A stretch of 64,000 bases of DNA from NCBI RefSeq assembly GCF_017302975.1, contig NZ_JAFIMT010000003.1; one strand, written 5' to 3'. The stretch is from Corallococcus exiguus. Its GTDB lineage: Bacteria > Myxococcota > Myxococcia > Myxococcales > Myxococcaceae. The translations under genes were made by a program, and so were the position numbers. The notes under the pieces are model-generated. The model did no database searches, had not been told where the DNA came from, and was given only the letters and a program-made list of their open reading frames with translations. Below are positions 26,494 to 36,147 of the stretch, in pieces; positions within the stretch are counted from its first letter, which is position 1, and each line of letters opens with the position of its first letter.

Positions 26494-27144
26494 TTACGAC
26501 TGGCCGCCTTCGACGTAGCCCCAGGCGAACACGTCCTTGTCCGTCGAGTTGTGCCCGTAGTGGAAGTTGCACAGGTGCGCCTTGTCCGGGATGAGCTGGA
26601 AGGACATCTGGCAGAACTTGACGTCCGTGACGCCCACGTTCTCCGGATCCCCCACGCGAATCATCACCTCGCTGCCCTTCTGGTTCAGGCGGGAGGTGAT
26701 CTCGTTGGCGGGGCCACCGGCCTCGTCACCAAGCGGGTAGCACTTCTCGTACCACTTGCCCGCGGTGCTGTCCCATTCGCAGACCCAGAACTTGAGCTGA
26801 CGGATCTCCGTATTGGTGATGCCAGAGAAGTCCGCCTTGTTCTCCGGCGAGATCAGCACCGTGAAATCAATGGGGTCGAGCTTGCCGCCCTCCCACTGGA
26901 GCTGCGTGATGAGCCCCACCGCGCGCACGGCCTTCTTCGCGCCCACGTCCGTCAACTGCACGCCGGGGTAGGCGGGGTCACCGACGAACGGGGTGTAGAA
27001 TTGGCTGCTGCTCTTGGGGAAGGCACCGTCGTCCTTGCCCATCCCCTTGATGTCCAGCAGGTATCCCACCGGCATGTTCTTCTGGGGGCGCTGCTGGATG
27101 GTCTGCTGCCAGTCACACGAAATGTTGATCGCTCCATCACCCAT
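26494..27144 (-). CDS. Unknown 216-aa protein in the canonical Hcp position, 33 nt downstream of tssC. It may be a divergent Hcp/TssD-like tube protein.
   Basis: GYLLDIKGMGKDDG loosely resembles the Hcp N-terminal F[IL]KIxGxxGES motif. A GGAGGA RBS lies upstream of the ATG at 27144. Confidence 0.45.
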   Translation of the reverse strand: MGDGAINISCDWQQTIQQRPQKNMPVGYLLDIKGMGKDDGAFPKSSSQFYTPFVGDPAYPGVQLTDVGAKKAVRAVGLITQLQWEGGKLDPIDFTVLISPENKADFSGITNTEIRQLKFWVCEWDSTAGKWYEKCYPLGDEAGGPANEITSRLNQKGSEVMIRVGDPENVGVTDVKFCQMSFQLIPDKAHLCNFHYGHNSTDKDVFAWGYVEGGQS

Positions 27145-27176
27145 GATTGCGGTCCTCCAATTTGCTGCGGGGTTTG

Positions 27177-28694
27177 TCAGCCGAGCCGCGCATCCACGCG
27201 AAGGTCCACGTTCATGCCTTCGAACTGGATGTGCGGGAGGACGGAGAGATTGCAGTGGTACCAGCCCACCTTGCCGGGCACTTCCGCCACGGTGAGGTTG
27301 TAGGCCTTGAAGGGGTAGTAGCGCAGCGTCAGGTCATCCGGGTTCACCAGCGTGGTGACGTACCGGGAGATCCACCGATCCAACTGCGCCTGCATGTACG
27401 CCGCGTTGGCCGTGCTGCCGATGTTCTCGCGCATGATGGCCTTCACGTAGTGCGCGATGCGGCTGATGGAGTACGTGTAGGCCAGGTTCGTCACCAGCTG
27501 CGAGTTCTCCGAGTCCTTCGCATCCTCGAAGACCTTGGCCTTCTTGAGGGACTGGACGCTGAAGAAGACGGCCTCCGCGCTCCCCTTCTTGTGGATGAGC
27601 GGGATGAAGCCGCCGTTGGCCAGCTCCAGCTCGCGGAAGTCCGGGATGGACATCTCCACGGGCAGCTTCATCTCCTCCTCGCCGCGCAGGTGCGTCAGGT
27701 GCACGGGCAGGCCCGCCACCAGGCCGCCGCCCTTGGGGCCTCGGATGTGCTGGCACCAGCCGCTTCCCGCGAACGAGCGCACCAGGTTGCGCGCGAACAG
27801 CATGGCCGCGTTGCCCCAGAGGTATTCCTCCTCCTTGTCGCCCTTCACCGCCTCCGTGAAGTTCATGCCGGGGGCCGGGTAGGTCTCCGGGTTGTAGGGC
27901 GGCCGGACGATGTAGCGCGGCAGCGTGAGGCCCACGTAGGCGGCCTCGTCCGTGTCACGCAGCGCGTTCCAGGCGGAGTACTTGGGCGAATCCAGCAGGC
28001 TCGCCACGTCGCGCAGCTGGGACACCTCCTTCATGGTGTCGCAGCCGAAGAAGCGCGGGGACACGGACGCCACGAACGGCGCGTGGCTGGCCGCGGCGAT
28101 CTTCCCCATCGTCTTGAGCCACAGCATGTCCTGCGGCGTGTTGGCGAACTCGAACAGGCCCACCAGCGCGCCGTAGGGGGCGCCGCCGTACTGATCGTAT
28201 TCAGCGACGTACAGCTTCTTGAAGAACTCCGAACCGGCGACGTCCGCCGCGTTCGTCTCCAGGTCGCTGTAGGCCTCCTCCTTGGAGACATCCAGCAGGC
28301 TCAGCTCGACGTTGGCCTTGAAGTTGGTGTTGCGCACCAGGTCGTTGAGCGCGGTCCACTGCGCCTCCACCTCCTGGAACTCCGGCGCGTGCAACACGGC
28401 ATTGAGCTGATCCGACACCAGCGCGTCGATGGTGCCGACCAGCTCCTGCACCGTCTGCTTGTCGAAGCGGCCCTCGTCCGTGTCCATGTTGTGGACCATG
28501 GCCGCCAGGCTGGAGACGAAGCGCTCCTCGGGGGTGGCGTCGTCGGGGATGACCAGCAGGTCCGTCTGGGTGGAGGCGTCGCGCGCGGTGGGCACGGAGC
28601 CCAGGCGCACGCTGTTGAGGAACAACGGAAGGTCCAGGGGCACATCGGCCACGGCGGTCGTCGCGGTGGTGGAAGACGCAGGAGTGGTGGGCAT
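27177..28694 (-). CDS. tssC: T6SS sheath large subunit TssC (VipB)
   Basis: 505 aa. ...FKANVELSLLDVSKEE...GGAPYGALVG...NLAYTYSISRIAHYVK. Confidence 0.9.
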   Translation of the reverse strand: MPTTPASSTTATTAVADVPLDLPLFLNSVRLGSVPTARDASTQTDLLVIPDDATPEERFVSSLAAMVHNMDTDEGRFDKQTVQELVGTIDALVSDQLNAVLHAPEFQEVEAQWTALNDLVRNTNFKANVELSLLDVSKEEAYSDLETNAADVAGSEFFKKLYVAEYDQYGGAPYGALVGLFEFANTPQDMLWLKTMGKIAAASHAPFVASVSPRFFGCDTMKEVSQLRDVASLLDSPKYSAWNALRDTDEAAYVGLTLPRYIVRPPYNPETYPAPGMNFTEAVKGDKEEEYLWGNAAMLFARNLVRSFAGSGWCQHIRGPKGGGLVAGLPVHLTHLRGEEEMKLPVEMSIPDFRELELANGGFIPLIHKKGSAEAVFFSVQSLKKAKVFEDAKDSENSQLVTNLAYTYSISRIAHYVKAIMRENIGSTANAAYMQAQLDRWISRYVTTLVNPDDLTLRYYPFKAYNLTVAEVPGKVGWYHCNLSVLPHIQFEGMNVDLRVDARLG

Positions 28695-28744
28695 GGCAGG
28701 AGGTCTCGTTCAGGAAGGTCGTGGGGAGGGGCTTGCGCCCGGCA

Positions 28745-29305
28745 TCACGTCGTCGGCGGCTGCGGGTTCGTCGCGGCCAGCTTCGGCAGGCTCATCGACT
28801 TGAACGCGGCCAGCTCCGTCTTCAGCTTCTGGACGGCCTCCGGGTTCTGCGCGAGCTGGCGCACCAGCTGGCGGAACTCCTTGCGGTTGTCCAGGTTGCC
28901 CTGCAGCTCCAGCAGCAGCTTGCGCAGCGTGAGCAGCGCGTTGATCTTCGGAACCTGACGCGCCACGTCCACCGGGCTGAAGGACTTCATCGAGTCCAGC
29001 TTGAGGCTCACCTGCAGCGGCGCCGGCGCTGAACCATCCACCGGGTCCTTCTTGTCCACGCGGTTGGGCACGCTGAAGTTCAGCGTCATGCCCATGTTCT
29101 GGATGACCTGGTTCAGGTTCTTGCCATCCAGGTTGCGGATCTCCCGCTGATCCAGGTCCTTCTTGCGGTCAATGGAGGTGCCCTTGGAGAAGTCCCCCAT
29201 CACCAGCAGCCGGAACGGAAGCGCCTTGTCCGCCCGGGTGCCATTCACCTGGGTGCGGTAGGTCAGCGTGATGCGTGATCTGGGAATTTCGTCGGTGATG
29301 GCCAT
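28745..29305 (-). CDS. tssB: T6SS sheath small subunit TssB (VipA), 186 aa
   Basis: MAITDEIPRSRITLTYRTQVNG...LPFRLLVMGDFS. ATG at 29305. The track ORF is over-extended. Confidence 0.9.
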   Translation of the reverse strand: MAITDEIPRSRITLTYRTQVNGTRADKALPFRLLVMGDFSKGTSIDRKKDLDQREIRNLDGKNLNQVIQNMGMTLNFSVPNRVDKKDPVDGSAPAPLQVSLKLDSMKSFSPVDVARQVPKINALLTLRKLLLELQGNLDNRKEFRQLVRQLAQNPEAVQKLKTELAAFKSMSLPKLAATNPQPPTT

Positions 29306-29614
29306 GAGTACCCCCAAGAACTGAACCGCCGTTTTGTGAAGGAATTGATAAACCATACCAATACACAAAAGCAATACACCCCCAACACACAACCCGACAC
29401 GATGGGGCGTTATCACCCGGGGTGACAAGAACGACCCAACCCATGGCATTTCTCGCCCTTCAGGGCATGAAACCAGACACGGTGGATCATCCAGGCTCAC
29501 TTGACGTCACAGGCTCCAGGCCGGTAGCTTTTTCTAAACACTGTCACCCAGCCCGAGCAAGCTTTTGCTCCCGGCGGTCCCCGTGACAGGAAACCCGCTC
29601 CCGCCGCCCCTGCC
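29306..29614. promoter_or_regulatory. Divergent tssB/tssK promoter region. It contains the 8-bp palindrome TGACGTCA at 29502-29509 and the inverted repeat TCACCCGGGGTGA.
   Basis: A 309-bp AT-richer intergenic region between divergent operons. The palindromes were read directly from the sequence. Confidence 0.5.
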
Positions 29615-30868
29615 ATGAACCCAGACACACTCGCACGAGTCCTGTGGCAGGAAGGGCAGACCCTGCTGCCCGAACACTTCCGGGCGCAGGAGGAATCCCT
29701 CTCCACGGAGGCCCGGCGCTACGCGGGGTTCGCCGGCCTGCCGGTGGTGGGCGTGAGCGCGTTGCGTTTCAACGATGTATTGCTCGCCAAGGGCTCGGTG
29801 GCCCTGGAGGAATTGACCGCGGTGTTACCGGGCGGTCACCTGGTGGAGGCTCCGGGCAACGCGGAGGTGACACCGCTGTCGCTCGAGGAGACGGGCCGCA
29901 TGCGGGTGACGGTGTATCTGCACCTGCTCGGGGTGCTGGAGCCCCGCGAGGACCTGGCGCCCGCGGGCGGTGAGGCCCCCAGCGTGGTGCGCGCGGGACG
30001 GCGGCTGTGCCTGTCGCTGGAGCCGGTGGTGGATGACACGGTGAGCAGCCTGTCGCTGGCCGTCTTCACCCGGAACGCGGACGGGCCCTGGCGGATGTCC
30101 GCCACGCACCTGCCGCCGCTCTTGAGCGTGGGGCCCCACCCCTTCCTGGAGCCCCTGTTCGAGCAACTGGACGGCCTGCTCCAGCAGGCGCAGGGGCAGT
30201 TGCGCACGTCGCTGCGCGAAGGCCTGGTGCGGGGCGACCGGCTGGCCAGCGCGCGGCGGGCGCTGTGCGAGGTGCGCAGCCTCCAGGTGCTGCGCCAGGA
30301 CATGCGCCAGGGCCTGCAACCGCCGCCGTACCCGCTGGTGCAGGCGATGCGGCGGCTGTACTTCGAGACGTGCTGCTACCTGGAGGCGGAGCCGGACGAC
30401 GACCTTCCCGCGTACGAGCACGACGCGCCGGGGCCGGGGATCGCGCGGTGGATGGAGCTGCTCACGCGCGGGTTCCGCCCGCAGGCCAGTCCCCTGTCCT
30501 ACCGGGTCTTCGACTTCCAGGACGGCCACTTCAAGCTGACCCCGCTGCCCAAGGAGACGCCGGCGCCGGATGACTTCTACCTGCTGGTGCGCAGGCAGGA
30601 GCGCGACCGGCCCCGCTCCATGGAGGGCGTGAAGCTGGCCAGTCCCCTCCGGCTGCCGGCGGTGCGGCGCCAGGCCTTGAAGGGCGTGCCGTACCGGCAC
30701 GTGGCCTTCCCATCGTTCCCCCACGCCTTCGACGCGGACATCGACTGGTATCAGCTGACGCCCCAGAGCGAGGAATGGCAGTCCGCGACGCGCGAGGACG
30801 GGCTCACCTTCTTCGCCACGCCCGCGCTCGAAGGGGCGCAGGTGCTCCTCTACTGGCGCAGGGCCTGA
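29615..30868 (+). CDS. tssK: T6SS baseplate protein TssK
   Basis: N-terminus MNPDTLARVLWQEGQTLLPEHFRAQEESL, 417 aa. Confidence 0.85.
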   Translation: MNPDTLARVLWQEGQTLLPEHFRAQEESLSTEARRYAGFAGLPVVGVSALRFNDVLLAKGSVALEELTAVLPGGHLVEAPGNAEVTPLSLEETGRMRVTVYLHLLGVLEPREDLAPAGGEAPSVVRAGRRLCLSLEPVVDDTVSSLSLAVFTRNADGPWRMSATHLPPLLSVGPHPFLEPLFEQLDGLLQQAQGQLRTSLREGLVRGDRLASARRALCEVRSLQVLRQDMRQGLQPPPYPLVQAMRRLYFETCCYLEAEPDDDLPAYEHDAPGPGIARWMELLTRGFRPQASPLSYRVFDFQDGHFKLTPLPKETPAPDDFYLLVRRQERDRPRSMEGVKLASPLRLPAVRRQALKGVPYRHVAFPSFPHAFDADIDWYQLTPQSEEWQSATREDGLTFFATPALEGAQVLLYWRRA

Positions 30869-30895
30869 CGGCGGACCGACGGGGGAACGGCGCGC

Positions 30896-31474
30896 ATGCC
30901 CAAGCTCATCTGCATCATCGACATGGACAAGGAGAAGGGCCTCACCCTCACCACGGAGGACAAGGACGGGAAGATCCTCCAGACGGTGAAGATGGACGGT
31001 GAGTCCATCACCCTGGAGGTGAAGGGTGACAGCGCCACCAGCACCATCGTGCAGAAGCAGGACAGCGTCACGGTGACCTGCAAGTCCTTCGTGCTGAAGG
31101 CGGAGACCATCGAGGTGACGTCCACGAAGGCTTCGTCGTGGAAGAGCGACGACACGTTCGCGCTGGAGAGCGCCAAGGCCTTCACGGTCACCACGAAGGA
31201 CGAGCTGACGCAGACGGCGACCAAGGACGCGACCCTCTCCTCGGACAAGGCCGTGACGCTGAAGGCCGCGAAGCTGTTCCGCGTGGAGGGCGCCGACGTC
31301 CAGCTGGAGGCCAAGAGCGGAGAGCTCTCCCTGAATGCCCCGTCCGTCAAGGCGGAGGGCAAGAAGGACATCGCCATGGAGGGGCCGCAGGTGAAGGTGA
31401 CCGCCAAGGCGCAGCTGGCGCTCAAGGCGGACGGCATGGCGGAAATCAAGGGCGGCATGGTGAACGTGGGTTGA
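30896..31474 (+). CDS. Lys/Thr-rich beta-helix repeat protein, gp5-C-terminal/needle-like, 192 aa. It is encoded between tssK and tssL.
   Basis: It has tandem VxVxxK-type beta-strand repeats (..KAAKLFRVEGADVQLEAKSGELSLNAPSVKAEGKKDIAMEGPQVKVTAKAQLALKADGMAEIKGGMVNVG). A GGGGGA RBS is present. Confidence 0.5.
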   Translation: MPKLICIIDMDKEKGLTLTTEDKDGKILQTVKMDGESITLEVKGDSATSTIVQKQDSVTVTCKSFVLKAETIEVTSTKASSWKSDDTFALESAKAFTVTTKDELTQTATKDATLSSDKAVTLKAAKLFRVEGADVQLEAKSGELSLNAPSVKAEGKKDIAMEGPQVKVTAKAQLALKADGMAEIKGGMVNVG

Positions 31475-31486
31475 CGGGGGGGCGCG

Positions 31487-32131
31487 ATGAAGCTCGAGCA
31501 CTGGCAGGTCGTCTTCACGCAGTACCGGCAGGCCCAGTCCGTGCTGGACGGGTGGCTGCCGCAGGCCGCGCCAGGCTCGGTCCCGGCCGCGGCCATGGGG
31601 CTCTTGGGCCGCGAGGGCCTGCGCAGGCTCCACGACGAGCTCCTGGAGGTGATTGAGCGGCTGCGCGCGGGCCTGGGCGCCCACGCCCGCGACGAGGAGG
31701 TGCAGGACGCGCTGAGGCCCTTCACGTACCTGGTGGACGAGCGCGTCCTCCTGCGGCTCGCGGACGCGGAGCAGCCGCTGTGGCCGCTCTTGCAGTACCG
31801 CCTCTTCGGCGAGGACGGCGGCGGCGAGGCCTTCTACACGCTGGCGGATCAGCGCCTGGATCAGCCGGGGTCGCCCGCGCTGCTCTTCGAGATGCTCCAC
31901 TTCTGCATCACGGCGGGCTTCGGAGGCCGCTACCTGGGACACACCGCGAAGCTGCGCGAGTACCAGGAGCGGCTGTCCGCGCGCATCGTCACGCCCCCGC
32001 CACCGCCCGCCCTCGCCGCGTCCGGCGAGACCACCGGGCCGCTGCTCTACGCCTTTCCCGCCCGCTACTACGCCATCAGCGCCGCGAGCGTGCTGGGGCT
32101 GCAGTGCCTGCTCTGGTGGGTGACCCGGTGA
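31487..32131 (+). CDS. tssL: T6SS membrane protein TssL (DotU family)
   Basis: ...LLFEMLHFCITAGFGGRY... plus a C-terminal TM segment, YYAISAASVLGLQCLLWWV. Confidence 0.8.
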   Translation: MKLEHWQVVFTQYRQAQSVLDGWLPQAAPGSVPAAAMGLLGREGLRRLHDELLEVIERLRAGLGAHARDEEVQDALRPFTYLVDERVLLRLADAEQPLWPLLQYRLFGEDGGGEAFYTLADQRLDQPGSPALLFEMLHFCITAGFGGRYLGHTAKLREYQERLSARIVTPPPPPALAASGETTGPLLYAFPARYYAISAASVLGLQCLLWWVTR

Positions 32132-32442
32132 AGCCTCAAGCCGCTCCCCAGACTCCGCCCGCGCCCCCCATCGACGCCGCGCCCGCCCTGCTCCAGGAGG
32201 TGCGGCGGCTCATCGCCGCGCGCCTGGGGGTCGGGACCTTCGGCCTGGAACCCATGCTGGACGAGCTGGGCCAGACGCTGGCCCGCCTGATGCCGGGGCC
32301 GGGGGACGCGCGGTTGTCACCGGAGGAGCAGGAGAAGGCGCGCGCGTCGTTCGCGGGCATGGTGGACACGTTGGAGGACGTCCTGGAGGCCCTGCATCGC
32401 TCGGGCCGGGCTGGGCGCGTCCTGGGCTGGGGGGAGCGCTGA
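32128..32442 (+). CDS. Small hypothetical protein, about 104 aa. GTG start in a GTGA overlap with the tssL stop. An alternative ATG lies near 32254.
   Basis: The frame stays open between tssL and tssM. The N-terminus is Pro/Ala-rich. Confidence 0.35.
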   Translation: MKPQAAPQTPPAPPIDAAPALLQEVRRLIAARLGVGTFGLEPMLDELGQTLARLMPGPGDARLSPEEQEKARASFAGMVDTLEDVLEALHRSGRAGRVLGWGER

Positions 32443-32445
32443 ACC

Positions 32446-35400
32446 ATGGATGTCCTCAAGAAACTGACGGCGTTCATTCCGCCGAAGTGGAAGCCGTACG
32501 CGCTGATCCTCCTGGCGCTGCTGGCCCTCTTCGTGCCGCTGTTCCTCGTGTGGCGCGCGAAGCGCAAGAGCGCGCCGGCCGGAGGGGCCGCCGCGCCGGA
32601 GCCCCTGGCGAAGAACCGGCTGCGCAAGGTGCGCGAGAAGTTCCTGGCCGGGCTGCCGCTGCGCCACCGCGTGGCGGTACGGGACCTGCCAGGTGTGGTG
32701 GTGCTGGGCCCCGCGGGCGCGGGCAAGTCGCGGCTCATCGAGCTGGACCTGGACTGGAAGCGGCAGGCGCGGCAGTTCCTGCCCAGCCTCCTCACGGACT
32801 CGCTGCTCCAGATCTACCTGGGCGCGGACGTGGTGGCCCAGGAGGTGTCCCCGCAGCTGCTGGAGGACGAGTCGCCCCAGGCGCGAGAGGCCCTGCGCCG
32901 GCTGTGGAAGGACAGCTTCGGCGGCGGTCAGCAGGCGCTGGCGGTGCTGGTGCTGGACGCGCGCTGGCTTCAGGACACGCCCCCGGACGAGGTGCGCCGC
33001 GCGGCGCAGCTGTTGCGAGGCAAGCTGAACCTGTTGGCGGAGGTCCGCGGAGGCGCGTTCGAGACGCGCGTATGCCTCACCCACCTGGATGAGCGCGAGG
33101 GCTACGCGGACTTCGCGAAGCTCTTGCGCGCGCACCTCGTGCCGCTGCGCTTCCCCCTCCCCCCGCCCGGCCAGGAGCCCAAGCTGGGTTCGCTGCTCAA
33201 GGCGCAGGAGCAGTACCTGGCGCTGGGCCTGACGGCGCTGCCGGTGGAGTCCTTCGAGCGGCTGGAGCGCTTCTATTCGGAAGGTCACGCGCCCTTCGAG
33301 GCGCTGTCGCGCTTCGTGACGGCGCTGATGGAGGGCCAGACGCTGGCGTACGCGCCCCGGCTGGCCACGGTGTCGCTGTCGTCCGCGGAAAAGGACGCGA
33401 GGGACCCGGACGTCCTGTCGGTGTCCGCCGAGGCGAGCACGGCGAAAGCGGTCCACGAGCGCTACATGCACACGCACCTGCGCCGGGCGGTGCTGCTGGG
33501 CCTGGCGTTCGCGCTGCCGCTGTTGGCCGCGTACGGACACTTCGCGTGGAGGCTGGGCCAGGCGCGCACGCGCGTGCAGCGCTTCGAGGACATGGTCCAG
33601 CGCATGCGCGACCAGGGGCAGGAGGTGTCCGGGGTCGCGGTGCAGGACCCGGTGCTCGCGGCGGGCCAGTCCCTGGACTCGCTGTGGAGGGCGATGAACG
33701 CGTGGCCGCTGTTGCGCTACAGCTTCACCGGCGCGCGAGAGGACCTGCGCCAGCGTCTGGCGCGCGGCATCCGCGAGGCCCACATCCGGCCCGCGTTGGA
33801 GAAGTGCCACCGCCAGCCGGACACGTGCCGTCCGGAGCAGGTCGTCTACCTGCTGGCCACGTTGCACGGCTCGCGCGAGGAGCCGCTGGGTCAGCTGGTG
33901 CTGTCCAGCCTGAAGACGCGCCCGACCTGGAGCTTCGTGTCGGAAGGCAGCGAGACGGAGTCCCCGGGCGACGTGGCCGCGCTGGAGGCGGGGCGCACCT
34001 GGGTGACGGCGGTGGGGCTGAACGAGTCCCTGGTGGCCGACTACGTCGTCATGAGCAATCCGCCGTGGTCCGCGCCGGACACCCCCGAGGCCAGCTGGGC
34101 GCGCTGGCCCTTCCCGGAGCCGCTCACGCTGGAGGCGCAGCTGATGCCGTGGCAGGCGCACCTGCGGCGGTTGCAGGACCTGCTGGCGAACCGGGCCGTG
34201 GAGCCGCGCGAACTGGAGCGGCTGGACGCGGAGCTGGAGTCCATGCAGGACGAGCGCAGGCGGCTCCAGGCGCTGCTGGATGACAGCGCGCGCTTCAGCA
34301 GCCTGCCGCGCGCGTTGGAGCTCCTGGCCGCCTCCGAGGCACGCGTGGACACCAGCCGCTTCCGGGGCATCCCCTCCACGCTCAAGACGGTGGCGTGGAT
34401 CAACGACCACCGGGACGCGCTGACGAACGTGCTGCGCATGGAGGAAGAGGCGTACCTGGGCGTGAAGGCGGTGCAGAAGATGACCGTGGCGGAGCTGCTG
34501 GTGCGCGACGGCCTGTGGCTGCCGGGCAACGGCCCCGCGGTGCTCCAGGTGCCGGTGCTCCAGAGCACCTTCGAGTTCCGTCCCAAGGACGGCTCGCGGC
34601 TGCTGCACCAGGCGCTCCTGCGCTACCACGAGAAGACAGGGCGCCTGCCCTTCGGCGTGGCGGAGGGCGAGGAGGCGGTGGCGTCGCGGGGTGGCGCGAC
34701 CCTGGCGGCGGACCGGCTGGAGTTCGACACGCGGCTGCGCCCGCTGGTGGACGAGTTCACCACGCGCATCAAGGGCGCGGGCCTTCCGGTGGAGGAGGTG
34801 TCGCAGCGCCAGGAGCACGTGCGCCGCAAGGTGAACCAGTTCGCGTTCCAGTACCGCAACCGGCTGTTCCAGCGCGTGTCCACCTACCGCTTCCAGGCGG
34901 TGATTCCCGCGCTCCTGTCGGAGGAGCTCTCGCGTCTCACGCAGCCGTCCTCGGAGCTGGTGGACATGCTGCGCGACGTGGCGCAGGGCGTGGCGCTGGA
35001 GCCGTTGGACGGCCCCTTCTACGAGTCGCTGCGCAACGCGGTGGCGCCGTTCAAGCCCATCGCCACGGTGATGAAGCCGGACGAGACCGGCAACTACACG
35101 GCGCTCAATCCGTACCGCGCGCTGGTGGCCCAGATGTCGGACGAGCTGAACGCGGTGCCCCGTCCGGGCGTGGTGCCCGCGGAAGCGACGGCGTCGCTCA
35201 ACGGAGGCCTGGCCACCGGCAGCACGCAGCTGGCGAGCGGAGCCGCGAAGCTGCCGGAGCTGCTGACGCCGCTGGGGCGGCTGGCCTTCGCGATGATGCT
35301 GGAGGACGACACGTCCTACCTGCGCAAGGTGGACGCGTGGCTGGACCAGCAGGGGCTCATCGGAGAGCTGCGGCAGCCCTTCCGTCAGCCGTTCCTCGCG

Positions 35401-36147
35401 GTGCGCGACCTGGGGCAGCGCGAGATTGAGCGGACCCTGGAGCGGCATTGGGACGACGCATCCAGTCGGTTCCTGCGTCCGCTGCTGAACCGCTATCCGT
35501 TCACGCCGGACGCGTCCCAGGAGGTGGATCCGGGAGACCTGGAGGTCCTGCGCAAGCAGGACGGAGCGTTCTGGGACTTCGTGACGCGGGTGCTGGCGCC
35601 CGTGTGCGAGGAGCGAGGCTCGGAGTGGGTGCCGCGAGGCGCGCTCCAGTCCCGGCTGTCGTTGCCGCAGGGGATGTTGCCCACGCTGGGGAGGCTGTCG
35701 CGGCTGGCCCGCATGTTGTGGGACCCGGAGGGAAGGCCCCGGCCCCTGATGCTGCAGGTGATGCCGTTGCCGCTGCCGAAGGCACCCACGCAGGGCAGCT
35801 TCGTGACGCTGGGTTCGCTCAAGTGCGGCAAGACGACGTTCCTCGCGTACAACCAGAGTCCGTCGTGGCAGGAGTTCCCGCTGGCGTGGTGGGACCAGCA
35901 GACGGCGTCGCTGATGCTGGAGGTGCGAGCGCCCGCGGACCAGTCCGTGCAGTACGCGTCGCTGGAGAAGTCACGTTCGGCGTGGAGCTGCTTCCGGCTG
36001 CTGGAGTCCTCGCAGTCCACGGAAGACCCGCAGCACCGCCGTTGGTCGTTGCGAGCGCGAGGTGCCCTGTCCACGGACGGGATGATGGACCTGCGCTTCG
36101 GGCTCAAGGGTGAGCCCTGGATCCCGTTCCGCGAGGTGCCGCGATGA
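32446..36147 (+). CDS. tssM: T6SS membrane-complex protein TssM (IcmF)
   Basis: 1233 aa with N-terminal TM helices and a Walker A motif, GPAGAGKS. Confidence 0.9.
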   Translation: MDVLKKLTAFIPPKWKPYALILLALLALFVPLFLVWRAKRKSAPAGGAAAPEPLAKNRLRKVREKFLAGLPLRHRVAVRDLPGVVVLGPAGAGKSRLIELDLDWKRQARQFLPSLLTDSLLQIYLGADVVAQEVSPQLLEDESPQAREALRRLWKDSFGGGQQALAVLVLDARWLQDTPPDEVRRAAQLLRGKLNLLAEVRGGAFETRVCLTHLDEREGYADFAKLLRAHLVPLRFPLPPPGQEPKLGSLLKAQEQYLALGLTALPVESFERLERFYSEGHAPFEALSRFVTALMEGQTLAYAPRLATVSLSSAEKDARDPDVLSVSAEASTAKAVHERYMHTHLRRAVLLGLAFALPLLAAYGHFAWRLGQARTRVQRFEDMVQRMRDQGQEVSGVAVQDPVLAAGQSLDSLWRAMNAWPLLRYSFTGAREDLRQRLARGIREAHIRPALEKCHRQPDTCRPEQVVYLLATLHGSREEPLGQLVLSSLKTRPTWSFVSEGSETESPGDVAALEAGRTWVTAVGLNESLVADYVVMSNPPWSAPDTPEASWARWPFPEPLTLEAQLMPWQAHLRRLQDLLANRAVEPRELERLDAELESMQDERRRLQALLDDSARFSSLPRALELLAASEARVDTSRFRGIPSTLKTVAWINDHRDALTNVLRMEEEAYLGVKAVQKMTVAELLVRDGLWLPGNGPAVLQVPVLQSTFEFRPKDGSRLLHQALLRYHEKTGRLPFGVAEGEEAVASRGGATLAADRLEFDTRLRPLVDEFTTRIKGAGLPVEEVSQRQEHVRRKVNQFAFQYRNRLFQRVSTYRFQAVIPALLSEELSRLTQPSSELVDMLRDVAQGVALEPLDGPFYESLRNAVAPFKPIATVMKPDETGNYTALNPYRALVAQMSDELNAVPRPGVVPAEATASLNGGLATGSTQLASGAAKLPELLTPLGRLAFAMMLEDDTSYLRKVDAWLDQQGLIGELRQPFRQPFLAVRDLGQREIERTLERHWDDASSRFLRPLLNRYPFTPDASQEVDPGDLEVLRKQDGAFWDFVTRVLAPVCEERGSEWVPRGALQSRLSLPQGMLPTLGRLSRLARMLWDPEGRPRPLMLQVMPLPLPKAPTQGSFVTLGSLKCGKTTFLAYNQSPSWQEFPLAWWDQQTASLMLEVRAPADQSVQYASLEKSRSAWSCFRLLESSQSTEDPQHRRWSLRARGALSTDGMMDLRFGLKGEPWIPFREVPR

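Noticed and set aside
29306-29614. Sigma-54 (-24 TGGCAC / -12 TTGC) promoters for the T6SS and eCIS operons
   Set aside because: I scanned the three AT-rich intergenic regions by eye and found no match with the correct GG-N10-GC spacing. This is not excluded without a proper PWM scan.
32317-35448. 1043-aa minus-strand ORF
   Set aside because: It is antisense to tssM, which carries a Walker A motif and TM helices. It has a shadow-ORF composition.
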